Assembly: GCF_000023205.1 (NCBI RefSeq)
Contig: NC_012803.1
Coordinates: 1,650,001-1,682,000 of the forward strand
Source: Micrococcus luteus NCTC 2665
Lineage (GTDB): Bacteria; Actinomycetota; Actinomycetes; Actinomycetales; Micrococcaceae
Length of the DNA: 32,000 nucleotides
Direction: 5' to 3'
The notes below the pieces were generated by a model. It had not been told where the DNA came from, made no database searches, and saw only the letters and a program-made list of their open reading frames with translations. The position numbers and the translations under genes are program-made. Below, piece after piece: positions 1 to 9,246 of this stretch (position 1 is its first letter; every line of letters begins with the position of its first letter).

Positions 1-133
1 CGATGCGGTGCGTGATGGCGCGGGTCTTGCCGGTGCCGGCACCCGCCAGGATGCAGACGGGCCCGTGCAGGGCCGTGGCAGCCCGGCGCTGCTCCGGGTC
101 GAGGCCGCGGAGGATCTCGTCGGGAGTGCTCAT
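1..133 (-). CDS. uvrD2: UvrD/PcrA-family ATP-dependent DNA helicase, first 44 codons only (gene continues beyond the left edge)
   Basis: Reverse-strand translation from ATG (133..131) gives [44 protein letters not shown], which contains helicase motif I (AGAGTGKT). A GAGGA Shine-Dalgarno lies about 10 nt upstream. It sits directly downstream of nudC, as I recall for mycobacterial uvrD2-nudC (synteny from memory, not checked). Confidence 0.8.
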   Translation of the reverse strand, partial: MSTPDEILRGLDPEQRRAATALHGPVCILAGAGTGKTRAITHRI

Positions 134-148
134 GCGGGACGAGTCCTC

Positions 149-1138
149 CTAGGTGATCAGGGTCTGCGCATCGGGCAGCGTCCCACCGTACCAATCCTCG
201 ATGAGCGCCCGCGCGATGGACACGGCCCCGGGCAGGGTGACGTCGCCCTCGCGGGCCAGATGCGCGAGCTCCTCCCGCTCGAACCAGCGCACGGAGAGGA
301 TCTCCTCGCCGTCCGGGACCGGCTCGGCGCCGGCCGGGGCCAGCGCGGTGAAACCGAGCATGAGCGAGCGCGGGAAGGGCCACGGCTGGGAGCCGCGGTA
401 GCGCGGCTGCGTCACCGTGACCCCGGACTCCTCCGCGATCTCCCGGACCACCGCGTGCTCCAGGGACTCCCCCGGCTCCACGAACCCGGCCAGGCAGGAG
501 TACAGCCCATCGGGCCACGCCGCGTTGCGGCCCAGCAGGATCCGCCCGGCCGGGTCGGTGACGGCCACGATCACCGCCGGGTCCGTGCGCGGGAACTGCT
601 CCCGGGAGCAGTCGCGGCAGCGGCGCACCCAGCCGGCCGCCTCGACGTCCGTGGCGCCGCCGCAGAACGCGCAGAAGCGGTGGGTGGCGTGCCAGTTGGC
701 GTTCGCGACGGCGGCCACGAACAGCCCGGTGTCCGCGTCGCCGAGGGCGGCGGCCGCGTCGCGGAGGCCGACCCACACGGCGTCCGCGAGCGCGGTGGCC
801 GCGTCCTCGGGCAGGGCCGCCGGCGGCTCGACGGCGACGGAGACCACCTCGCGCTCCCGCCCGTGCGGGCCCCGGTCCGCCGCGGTGCCGCGACCCAGAT
901 ACGCCGCCTCGGCCGGCACGGGGCCGGAGGGCGCGGTGAAGACGAGCCGCCCGTCCGCGACCGGCGCGCGGCCGCCCTGCAGCCACAGGACCTCCGTTCC
1001 CTCGCGCGCCCAGGCCGCCGCCAGGTGGCCCGGGTCGAGGCGGGCCACGGCACCGCGGTCCAGCTCCTCACGGGCCAGCGGCAGGGCCAGGGGTGGTGCG
1101 ACGGTGGGGTCGGACGAAGACGGGGGGCAGGAAGCCAT
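149..1138 (-). CDS. nudC: NAD(+)/NADH diphosphatase NudC (Nudix hydrolase with zinc ribbon)
   Basis: 329-aa ORF. It has a zinc-ribbon pair (CAFCGG...CRDC) followed by the Nudix box GFVEPGESLEHAVVREIAEESGV. ATG at 1138..1136. Confidence 0.9.
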   Translation of the reverse strand: MASCPPSSSDPTVAPPLALPLAREELDRGAVARLDPGHLAAAWAREGTEVLWLQGGRAPVADGRLVFTAPSGPVPAEAAYLGRGTAADRGPHGREREVVSVAVEPPAALPEDAATALADAVWVGLRDAAAALGDADTGLFVAAVANANWHATHRFCAFCGGATDVEAAGWVRRCRDCSREQFPRTDPAVIVAVTDPAGRILLGRNAAWPDGLYSCLAGFVEPGESLEHAVVREIAEESGVTVTQPRYRGSQPWPFPRSLMLGFTALAPAGAEPVPDGEEILSVRWFEREELAHLAREGDVTLPGAVSIARALIEDWYGGTLPDAQTLIT

Positions 1139-1164
1139 GCGTCCAGGCTAGCGACCCGTCTCCG

Positions 1165-2316
1165 GTGCGCCCGGCGACGGGGGAGGGCGTTCCGCGCCTA
1201 GGCTGGAGGGGTGGATCGTCAGCCCCTTGTCTCGCAGCCCTGGCCGCCGCGGCCGTCCCCGGCCTCGCCCCCGTCTCCGTGGAGGCGAGCCCGGACGACC
1301 CCGCGGACTTCTCGACCGCCGTCGTCGTGGACGGTGAGGGCCAGCGGTGGCGTGTCCGCTCGCCCCGCACCCCGGAGGCGGGCATCCGTCTCGAGACGGA
1401 GCTGCAGGTGCTGGCGGGCCTGACCCCGGCGGTGCGCGCCGGCCTGCCGTTCCGCACGCCCTCCGTGGCGGGCGCGGTGCGGCTCGAGGGGCTGCGCACC
1501 TTCGTCTACCAGGACATGCCCGGGCGTCCCGTCACCCTGGACGAGCTGGCCCGGCTCGGCGAGCCCGCGGTGCAGGACGTGGGCCGCGTGCTGGCCGCGA
1601 TCCACACGCTGCCCTCGGACGTCGTGGACCACGCGGACCTGCCCTCCTACACGGCGGAGCAGATCCGGCAGCGTCACCTCCACGCCCTCGACCAGGCGGC
1701 CACCTCCGGCCGCGTGCCGCCCCTGCTGCTGCGCCGCTGGGAGGAGGCCATGGAGGAGGAGGCCCTGTGGCGGTTCACCCCGGTGCCGGTGCACGGTGAC
1801 CTGCACGAGGACAACCTGCTCCTCGAGCGCGGCCGCGTGGTGGGCGTGACGGGCTGGACGGACCTGCACGTGGGCGACCCGGCCGACGACGTCGCCTGGC
1901 TGGCCGCCGCCACGGACCCGGACCTGGCCGACCGCGTCCTCGACGCCTACGCGGCCCGGCGCGCCGACGCGGGGGCCGCCGACGACGGCGACGCGCACGT
2001 GATGCGCCGGGCGGCGCTGCTCGCCGAGTTCGCCCTCGCCCAGTGGCTCACGCGGGGCCTGGACCGGCACGACGAGGCAATGGTCGCCGAGGCGGAGGCC
2101 ATGCTGGCCGAGCTCGAGGGCGACGTGCGCGCCGCGCAGGAGGCGGCCGCGCGCCAGGCGGAGGCCGACGCGGCCGCCGACGCCGCCGAGGACGCCCGGG
2201 ATGCGGCGGAGGACGCCCGGGAGGCCGCGGCCGCAAGGACTGCGGACCCGGAGACGGGGCCGCTGCCCGCCGTCGAGGTGGTGCGGCCGATCAACGGCGG
2301 GCCGGGGCGTCCGTGA
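1165..2316 (+). CDS. Aminoglycoside-phosphotransferase (APH/ChoK) fold kinase-like protein with an acidic Ala/Asp/Glu C-terminal tail
   Basis: Carries the catalytic-loop/Mg-binding signature HGDLHEDNLLL...GVTGWTDLHVGDPADDVAWL. The ORF is open from GTG 1093. I prefer GTG 1165 because it does not overlap the nudC start at 1138, but the start is uncertain (1093-1165). The 3' end overlaps the convergent adnB by 26 nt. Confidence 0.75.
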   Translation: MRPATGEGVPRLGWRGGSSAPCLAALAAAAVPGLAPVSVEASPDDPADFSTAVVVDGEGQRWRVRSPRTPEAGIRLETELQVLAGLTPAVRAGLPFRTPSVAGAVRLEGLRTFVYQDMPGRPVTLDELARLGEPAVQDVGRVLAAIHTLPSDVVDHADLPSYTAEQIRQRHLHALDQAATSGRVPPLLLRRWEEAMEEEALWRFTPVPVHGDLHEDNLLLERGRVVGVTGWTDLHVGDPADDVAWLAAATDPDLADRVLDAYAARRADAGAADDGDAHVMRRAALLAEFALAQWLTRGLDRHDEAMVAEAEAMLAELEGDVRAAQEAAARQAEADAAADAAEDARDAAEDAREAAAARTADPETGPLPAVEVVRPINGGPGRP

Positions 2317-5300
2317 TGTGACGCTCGAGCTCCTCCTCCCCCGGCAGGTCCGGGAAGGAGCGCTCCTGCCCGTGGGCCACGTACACGAAGCTGGCCCCGA
2401 TCCGTTCCAGCGGGATCCCGTGCAGCCGTGACCAGGCGAGCCGGTAGACGGCCAGCTGCAGCGACTTGAGCTCGAGGTCGCGGCCCCGCGGCACGGCGCC
2501 GGTCTTCCAGTCGACGAGCTCCCAGTCGGCCTCGGGGTCGAAGGGCAGGCGGGGGTCGCCGCCGGAGCGGTAGATCGCGTCGACCCGGCCGCGCAGTGTG
2601 ATCCCGCCGACCGTCGTCTCGACCGGGGCCTCGACGAAGGCCGGGGTGCGCTCCGCCCAGCGCGAGGAGCGGAACCACTCCTGCATCGGGCCGAGGTCGA
2701 GGGCCTCGTCGACCCACAGGTCCGCGGCGTCCTCGGCCGAGTCGATGTCCAGCATGCCGGTGGCCCCGAAGCGCTCCTCGAGCCACGCGTGGAACGCCGT
2801 GCCGCGCCGCGCTGCGTGGGCGGGCGGCCGGGGCAGGGGCCGGCGCAGCTGCTCGGCCACGGCCTGCGGGTCGGCGGCGAGCTCGCCGTAGAGGGACACG
2901 GAGACGTGCTCGGGCAGGGCGGTCTCCCCGCCCGTCCCGGCGACGTCCCGGCGGCGCAGCAGCACCCAGTCCACCTGGCGGGCCAGCTCCGGGTCGTCCG
3001 CGAGCGCCGCCGGGTCCGCGGCGTGCACGGCCGCGGCGGCCGCCTCCACGGCCTCCCGGCGGGCCCGGGAGCGGCGCGGCAGCGGCTGCCAGCGTTCCTC
3101 GTCCTCGGGGTCCTCCGGGTCGGCGACGAAGGCCTCCGGGCCGTCGAGCGGGTCGAAGGGCCAGCGGGCGACCAGCGTCCGGCCCGCGGCGGGGTTGGCC
3201 TCGGGCAGGTCGTCCTCGGCCGGGGCGGGGCCGAGCGCGACGCCGGGCACCTGCCCCGCCAGGCCGGCCACCTCCTCGAGGAAGGCCGAGGCCGGCAGGG
3301 GCTCCTTGTTGACGCCCTTGAACAGGGAGGTGCTCAGCCACAGGGCGGATCGCGCGCGCGTGTACGCCACGTAGGCCAGGCGCCGCTCCTCGCGCTCGGC
3401 GTGCGCGGCCACGGCCACGGCATAGGGGTCCGGGTTGCCCTCCTGGGCTGCCTTGGAGCTGTACTTGGTGCCGGCGGACTGGACCCAGTCCCGCTGGTCC
3501 TGGGCCCACGAGCCGTCCCACTGCGGCAGCGACGCGCGGTCCCCGCGCAGGGGCCACGGCAGCGCGCCGGCCCCGGGGCTGGTCCAGCGGTCCGCCCGGG
3601 TGGAGGGGAACGTGCCCTCCTGCAGGCCGGGGACCGCGACGACGTCCCACTCGAGCCCCTTCGAGGCGTGCGCGGTGAGCACCTGGACCAGGCCGGGAGT
3701 GGGTTCGGCGTTCTCGACGCCGAGGCCGTCCTCGTGCTCGAGGACGGACTCCGTCCAGGCCAGGAACGCCGTCAGGTCCGTCGCGGTGGTGCCGGCGCCG
3801 AAGTCGCGGGCCGCGTCCTGGAACGCGTTCAAGTGCCGCCGGGCCGCGGCCGCGGAGACGCCGGGCCGCAGGGCCACCTCGACGTCCAGCCCCGTCTCAC
3901 GGATCACCTCCGCGATGAGGTCGGCCGGGTCCTCCCCGGTGCGCGTGAAGAGCCGGCGCAGCTCGGCGTTGACGGCCCTCAGTCGGGCCAGGCCCTCGGG
4001 TGAGAAGCCGCGGCCGCGGGAGCCGACCCAGTCCGTCCCCTCCCCGGGCAGGGAGTCGAGGGCCTCCAGCAGGGCGGCGGCGTCGGCGTCCTCCTCGGGG
4101 CTCACGTCCCGGACCGGGGCCACGTCCGGGGCGTCCCCGGCGGGGTCCTCCCGCCCACCGGCGGCCCGTCCGGCCCGCAGCCGCGAGACGAACCGGGCGC
4201 GTTCCTGGAGCACCTCGAGGTCGGCCACACCGATGCGCCAGCGCGGGCCGGTGAGCAGGCGGACGAGCTGGTCGCTGCGCGTGGGGTCGGCCAGCACGTG
4301 GAGGACGGCGAGCACCTCGGCGACCTCCGGCAGCGCCAGCAGCCCGGAGAGCCCGAGCACCTCGTAGGGCAGGCCGGCGGCGTCGAGCGCGTCCAGCACG
4401 GGGCCGAACTGGGCGCGGGTGCGACACAGGACGGCGCGGCTCGGGGTGGTCCCCCCGGGCCCGGCCCCGGTGAGGGCACCGAGGCGGGCGACGACGTCGG
4501 CGGCCTCCTCCTCCGCGGTGACGAACCGGTCCACCCGGACGACGCCCTCCCCCGCGCCCGGCCGGGGCCGCAGGGTGCACACCTCCACCGGCGCGCCGCC
4601 CGTCGCGGCGGCGTGGGCGTTCAGCGGTGCGGCGACGGCGTTGGCGACCGCCAGGATCGACTCCTCGTTGCGCCACGCGATCGTCAGGTGCGAGACGTCC
4701 GCGTTCACGCGCCGCGGGGCGCCGCCGGGGCCGGTCTCCAGCCGGGGGAAGGCGTGCGGGAAGGCGAAGAGCTGTCCGGCGGAGGCGCCGCGGAAGCCGT
4801 AGATCGACTGGTGGGGGTCGCCCACCGCGGTGACGCAGTGCCCCAGCCCGGGCGCGTCGTCCTCGGGGCCGCGCGGGCCGAACAGCCCGGCGAAGATCCG
4901 CATCTGGGCGTGGGAGGTGTCCTGGAACTCGTCCAGCAGCACCACGGGGAACCGTGCGCGCTCCTGCTCGCCGGCCGCCGGCACCTCGACGGCGATGCGC
5001 GCCGCGTGGCGCAGCAGGTCGCCGAAGTCCATGACGTCCTGCTCGCGCTTGACCTCGTCGTAGCGGGCCACGAGGTCCGCCATGAGGGCGCGGTCCGCCA
5101 GGCCGGTCAGGAACTCCTGGATCTCCTTCGAGGGGGTCTTGGCGCGCGGGGGCAGCGGCAGGGCGCTCCCCTGCTCGGCCAGCCGGGCGAGGAACCCGCG
5201 CACCTCGTCCGCGGTCACCAGGTGCTCGGCCATGTCCCCGGCCAGCCGCAACGCCTGCGTGATGAGCCGGGACGGGGCCACGCCGAGGGTGTCCGCGACC

Positions 5301-5821
5301 ACCGGATGCGAACGCACGACGGCGCCCATGAGCCGGTGGGCGTCCGCGCCTCCGAGCAGCCGCGCCTCCGGTTCCACGCCGATCCGCAGGCCGTGGTCCC
5401 GCACGAGCGCGCCCGCGTAGGAGTGGTACGTGGACACCGAGGCGCGGCCCAGGTCCTCGGGCTCCCCGTCGAAGCCGGGGATCTCGAGGCCGGAGCGCAG
5501 CAGGGCGTCCACGCGCCCGTTGATCCGCTCGGCGAGCTCACCGGCCGCCTTCCGGGTGAACGTGACGCCGAGGACCTCGTCCGGGCGCACGAGCCCGTTG
5601 GCCACGAGCCAGACCACGCGGTCGGCCATGGTGGCGGTCTTGCCGGAGCCGGCGCCGGCCAGCACCAGGCGCGGAGTGAGCGGGGCGGTGACCACCTCGG
5701 CCTGCTCCTCCGTGGGCGGGGGCAGCCGCAGCCGCGCCGCGATGTCCTCCGGCGAGTGGACCGCGTCCTCGACGCGCGGACGATCGGTCTGGGTGGCGGG
5801 ATCGCCGGTCAGCGGGGCCAT
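2291..5821 (-). CDS. adnB: AdnB-type helicase-nuclease subunit (UvrD-like motor plus C-terminal RecB-family nuclease)
   Basis: Start is MAPLTGD at ATG 5821..5819. Canonical motifs I (AGAGSGKT), Ia (TFTRKAA) and II (LLDEFQDTS) are present, and the C-terminal PD-(D/E)xK module reads VDWKTG...QLAVY. The upstream part of the 1466-aa ORF in the track (5822..6691) is a frame shadow inside adnA. Confidence 0.9.
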   Translation of the reverse strand: MAPLTGDPATQTDRPRVEDAVHSPEDIAARLRLPPPTEEQAEVVTAPLTPRLVLAGAGSGKTATMADRVVWLVANGLVRPDEVLGVTFTRKAAGELAERINGRVDALLRSGLEIPGFDGEPEDLGRASVSTYHSYAGALVRDHGLRIGVEPEARLLGGADAHRLMGAVVRSHPVVADTLGVAPSRLITQALRLAGDMAEHLVTADEVRGFLARLAEQGSALPLPPRAKTPSKEIQEFLTGLADRALMADLVARYDEVKREQDVMDFGDLLRHAARIAVEVPAAGEQERARFPVVLLDEFQDTSHAQMRIFAGLFGPRGPEDDAPGLGHCVTAVGDPHQSIYGFRGASAGQLFAFPHAFPRLETGPGGAPRRVNADVSHLTIAWRNEESILAVANAVAAPLNAHAAATGGAPVEVCTLRPRPGAGEGVVRVDRFVTAEEEAADVVARLGALTGAGPGGTTPSRAVLCRTRAQFGPVLDALDAAGLPYEVLGLSGLLALPEVAEVLAVLHVLADPTRSDQLVRLLTGPRWRIGVADLEVLQERARFVSRLRAGRAAGGREDPAGDAPDVAPVRDVSPEEDADAAALLEALDSLPGEGTDWVGSRGRGFSPEGLARLRAVNAELRRLFTRTGEDPADLIAEVIRETGLDVEVALRPGVSAAAARRHLNAFQDAARDFGAGTTATDLTAFLAWTESVLEHEDGLGVENAEPTPGLVQVLTAHASKGLEWDVVAVPGLQEGTFPSTRADRWTSPGAGALPWPLRGDRASLPQWDGSWAQDQRDWVQSAGTKYSSKAAQEGNPDPYAVAVAAHAEREERRLAYVAYTRARSALWLSTSLFKGVNKEPLPASAFLEEVAGLAGQVPGVALGPAPAEDDLPEANPAAGRTLVARWPFDPLDGPEAFVADPEDPEDEERWQPLPRRSRARREAVEAAAAAVHAADPAALADDPELARQVDWVLLRRRDVAGTGGETALPEHVSVSLYGELAADPQAVAEQLRRPLPRPPAHAARRGTAFHAWLEERFGATGMLDIDSAEDAADLWVDEALDLGPMQEWFRSSRWAERTPAFVEAPVETTVGGITLRGRVDAIYRSGGDPRLPFDPEADWELVDWKTGAVPRGRDLELKSLQLAVYRLAWSRLHGIPLERIGASFVYVAHGQERSFPDLPGEEELERHITDAPARR

Positions 5822-8800
5822 TCGGTGACCTGCCTTCCTTCGGAGCAGAGCGGACAGACGGAGGGCAGCGCGCACCGGCGGGCGCCGGCCTCGTGGAGGG
5901 CGAGGAAGCGCGGCCCCGTGGTGCGGCGGGCCGCGGTGAACACCTGCTCGAGCGCCCAGGTGTCCTCGTCCTCGAGGGCCGGCTGGTCCTGCACCTTGGT
6001 CTTCTGGGTGCCGGCGCCGAGCTGGACGAGGGCCGCGCCGCCCGGTGTCGTGGGGTGCTCCAGGCCGGCGAGCGCGGCGCGCAGGGCGGGGTCCGTGGCG
6101 GGGTCGTCCCGGACCGGCTCCAGACCGCCGGCGCGGACGGCCACCTGATAGGCGGCCAGCTGGGGCTGGCGCGCCATCTCCGCGCCGGTGGGCGCGCTGC
6201 GGCCGGTCTTGAGGTCGGCGATGAAGGGTCGGCCCTGCGCGTCCGCCTCGAGCCGGTCCACGACGCCGGTGATCCGGACGGTGGTCCCGCCCCACGTCAG
6301 GTCCGCGAGGAGCCGCACCTCCTGGGCCACGGGCCGACGCCCGGCCGCCCGGGCGATGCTCCAGTAGCCGATGTAGGCGTCCACCAGGCCACGGGCCCGG
6401 TCGTGCTCGATCTCCGTGATCCAGCCCTCCGGCAGGCCGAGTTCGGGCAGGCGGCGTTCCAGCTCGGCACGCACGTCCTCGGGCACGCCCTCGGGATGGT
6501 GTTCGGCCACCGAGTGCACGAGCGTGCCCACGGACTGGGCGAGGGTCCCGCCCGCGTTCGCGCCGACGTGGTACAGCACCCAGTCCAGCGGATTGCGCAG
6601 GGCCGTCTCCACGCGGGAGGGCGAGAGCGCGACGACCTCGCGCTCCGGGTCGACGAGCGCGGCCTCGGTGGACAGCGGCAGCAGGCCCCACCAGCGTCGG
6701 GGGTCCGCGACGCCCACGCCGTCCGCGGCGAGGACCGCCAGGCCGGCGGCCGCCGCCCGGGGTGTCGCCCCGTCGGCCGCGTCCGTCTCGTCCCCGGCCT
6801 CCAGGACGCGGCGCAGCCGGCCGACGAGCGCGGGCGCCGTGATCGGGTCGGGGACCACGGTGAGCCGCCGGACGCCGGCGGCGTCGCGCGCCTCCGCGGG
6901 CAGCCGTTCGGGCGGGTCCACCAGGTCGAGGAAGTCGGAGGGGCCCTCATCCGGTGAGCGCACGGCCGTGGCGACCACCTGGCGCCGTGCCCGGGAGACG
7001 GCGGCCGCGAGCATGCGCAGCTCGTCCTGACGGACCTCGCGCAGCCGGGTGCGGTGGTCCGTGGGCCACGGGGCGTCCGCGGGCAGGGTCACGAGGTCCA
7101 CGAGGTCGGTGGCGCCGAGCAGCTGGCCGCGCAGCCGGGTGTTCGGCCACACGCCCTCCTGCAGGCCCACGACGATCACCGTGTCCCACTCCTGGCCGGC
7201 CGCCGCGGCGGGGGTGCGCACGTGCACGGCGTCGCCGGACTCGGCCCGGCGGGCCAGGGTGTCCACGGGCAGGTCCTGGGACTCCATGTAGACGGCGAAC
7301 GACTCGGGCGAGGCGCCCGGGAACTGGTCCACGAAGCGCTCGGCCACCTTGAACAGGGCGACGACGGCGTCGAGGTCCGCGTCCGCACGGCGGGACTCGC
7401 GGCGGTCGTTCGCGTGCTCGGCGGGCCGCAGCGCGAGCGAACGCCACCGCTCGGCCCGACCGGAGGCGGACCACAGCGCCCACAGCACGGTCTCGGGCGA
7501 GGCCGAGGGGGCGCGGGCGGCCTCGAGACCGTCCCGGAGCATCCAGTGGACGCGGCGCAGGGCGCGGTGCCGCTCGTGCTCGGGGCCGGCCAGGCTCGGG
7601 TCCAGCAGGGCTGCGGCGAGCAGCGCGTCCGAGGTGCGCCGGCCGCCCCGGCCCCGCTCGGCGGCCAGCAGGTCCTGGCGCAGCCGCCGCACGTGCAGCG
7701 CGCTGGCCATCCCGTACCGGCCGGTGAGCAGTCCCACGACCTCGTCCGGGTCGAACACGTTCTCGACCCGGGCCTCCGGGTCCTCCGCGAGCGCCCCCGC
7801 CGCGTCCAGCAGGGTGAGCAGGGGCGCGACGGCGGGCTCCTCCTTCAGCACGAGCCCGGCGGCGTCCCGCAGCACGGGGACGCCCTCGGCCTCCAGGTGG
7901 CGGGCGAGCGCGGCCACACGGGAGCCGGAGCGGGCGACCACGAGGATCCGGTCCAGGGGCACCCCGTCCTCGTGGTGGACCCGCAGCACCCGTTCGAGGA
8001 CGAGCTGGTCCTCGTGGGCGCGGGTGGGCACGACGTGCGCCCGGACGGCGCCGTCGCCGTCCGCCGGGACGGTCTCGGTGCGGGTCCGTTCGACGCCGGC
8101 GGTGCGCTGGCGGACCCGGCGGGCCACGCGCAGGTAGGCGTCCTGGACCTCGGCGCGCATGCGGTGCCCGCGCGTCAGCACCCGGACGCGTCCGTCCGGG
8201 GACGCGGGCGGGGCGGCCCCCGGCACGGGGTCGGGGTCGAGGACCCCGGGGTACCGGGCGAGGAGGTCGGGCCGGGCGCCGCGGAAGCCCTCCACGGTGG
8301 TGTCCGGCGACGCGGTGAGCAGCACGTCCCGCCCGCGGCCGAGCACGCTGAGCAGGTCGTGCACGGCGGGGGTGGCCTCGTGGAGGTCCTCGACCACGAG
8401 CACGGCCAGGCGGTCCCGCTCCTCCGCCACGAACGCCTGCGCCGCGGCGTCGCGCTCCGGGTCCTCGGGATGCCGCTCGGTGAGCACGCGGACGGCGGCG
8501 GACAGCAGCCCGGCGGCGTCGAACGCCTCGGCCATGCCCAGGTCGATCCTGTCCCGGTAGTCCTGCAGCAGCACTGCCGCGGCCTCCCACTCGGGGCGCC
8601 CGTGGGCGGTGCCAAGCTCCTGCAGGCGGCCCGGCTCGAGGCCGAGCTCGCTCATGCGGTCCACGAGCTCGCGGACCTCGCGGCGGAATCCCCTCGCCTC
8701 CACGGCGGGGGCGACGTCGTCCGGCCAGTCCGGCGCGGCGGCGAGGCCGGCGGCGTAGCCCTCGAGCAGCTCGGCGATCACCGTGTCCTGCTCGGCACCG

Positions 8801-9246
8801 GTGAGCAGCCGGGGGGCGACCTCCAGATGCCTCAGCGGTCCCGTGACGCGGGCGCGGCGCAGCAGGTCGAACGCGTAGGAGGACCAGGTCCGCACGGGAG
8901 TGACGGCCCGGGTGCCCCGACCGGCGGCGGCGAGCCGGCGGGTCAGGGCGTCGCGCAGCCGCGCCGCCGCGTCCCGGCTCGGGGCCAGCAGCAGGAGGGA
9001 CTCGGGGTCCAGCCCCGCCTCGATCCGGCGGGCCGCGTACTCGACCGCCACGGTGGTGCGACCCGTGCCGGGGGCGCCCAGCACGAGCACGGGGCCGTGC
9101 CCGGGGGCGAGCGAGGCGATCGCCTCCTGCTCGTCCGTCAGCGTGATCCGGTCCTCGGGCGCGGCGGCCGTGCGCACCAGCCGGGCGGCCCGTTCCGGCG
9201 CCGCCGCGTCGTCGTCGACGGGGTCCTCCCCGTGTTCCCTGGTCAT
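5809..9246 (-). CDS. adnA: AdnA-type helicase-nuclease subunit (degenerate UvrD-like motor plus RecB-family nuclease with a C-terminal Cys triad)
   Basis: Start is MTREHGEDP at ATG 9246..9244. The Walker A reads GAPGTGRTT (Arg in the Lys position). Nuclease motifs are IADLKTG...QLAAY, and the C-terminus is CALPSVCPLC. The TGA at 5811..5809 lies 13 nt inside adnB. The part of the 1439-aa track ORF above 9246 is rejected. Confidence 0.88.
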   Translation of the reverse strand: MTREHGEDPVDDDAAAPERAARLVRTAAAPEDRITLTDEQEAIASLAPGHGPVLVLGAPGTGRTTVAVEYAARRIEAGLDPESLLLLAPSRDAAARLRDALTRRLAAAGRGTRAVTPVRTWSSYAFDLLRRARVTGPLRHLEVAPRLLTGAEQDTVIAELLEGYAAGLAAAPDWPDDVAPAVEARGFRREVRELVDRMSELGLEPGRLQELGTAHGRPEWEAAAVLLQDYRDRIDLGMAEAFDAAGLLSAAVRVLTERHPEDPERDAAAQAFVAEERDRLAVLVVEDLHEATPAVHDLLSVLGRGRDVLLTASPDTTVEGFRGARPDLLARYPGVLDPDPVPGAAPPASPDGRVRVLTRGHRMRAEVQDAYLRVARRVRQRTAGVERTRTETVPADGDGAVRAHVVPTRAHEDQLVLERVLRVHHEDGVPLDRILVVARSGSRVAALARHLEAEGVPVLRDAAGLVLKEEPAVAPLLTLLDAAGALAEDPEARVENVFDPDEVVGLLTGRYGMASALHVRRLRQDLLAAERGRGGRRTSDALLAAALLDPSLAGPEHERHRALRRVHWMLRDGLEAARAPSASPETVLWALWSASGRAERWRSLALRPAEHANDRRESRRADADLDAVVALFKVAERFVDQFPGASPESFAVYMESQDLPVDTLARRAESGDAVHVRTPAAAAGQEWDTVIVVGLQEGVWPNTRLRGQLLGATDLVDLVTLPADAPWPTDHRTRLREVRQDELRMLAAAVSRARRQVVATAVRSPDEGPSDFLDLVDPPERLPAEARDAAGVRRLTVVPDPITAPALVGRLRRVLEAGDETDAADGATPRAAAAGLAVLAADGVGVADPRRWWGLLPLSTEAALVDPEREVVALSPSRVETALRNPLDWVLYHVGANAGGTLAQSVGTLVHSVAEHHPEGVPEDVRAELERRLPELGLPEGWITEIEHDRARGLVDAYIGYWSIARAAGRRPVAQEVRLLADLTWGGTTVRITGVVDRLEADAQGRPFIADLKTGRSAPTGAEMARQPQLAAYQVAVRAGGLEPVRDDPATDPALRAALAGLEHPTTPGGAALVQLGAGTQKTKVQDQPALEDEDTWALEQVFTAARRTTGPRFLALHEAGARRCALPSVCPLCSEGRQVTEWPR

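Noticed and set aside
8-1201. 397-aa plus-strand ORF covering the nudC region, plus similar ORFs at 417-1151 and 571-1071
   Set aside because: It is antisense or a frame shadow of a well-supported NudC gene. The product is an Arg/Gly/Ala/Pro-rich string with no motifs, as expected from stop-codon depletion in DNA of over 70% GC.
5822-6691. Upstream 290 codons of the 1466-aa ORF in the track (2291..6691), which would give a much longer AdnB
   Set aside because: The extension is Arg/Gly/Pro-rich junk that overlaps the well-conserved AdnA nuclease domain in another frame. The recognisable AdnB sequence begins at MAPLTGD (ATG 5821), in the usual overlapping arrangement with the adnA stop.
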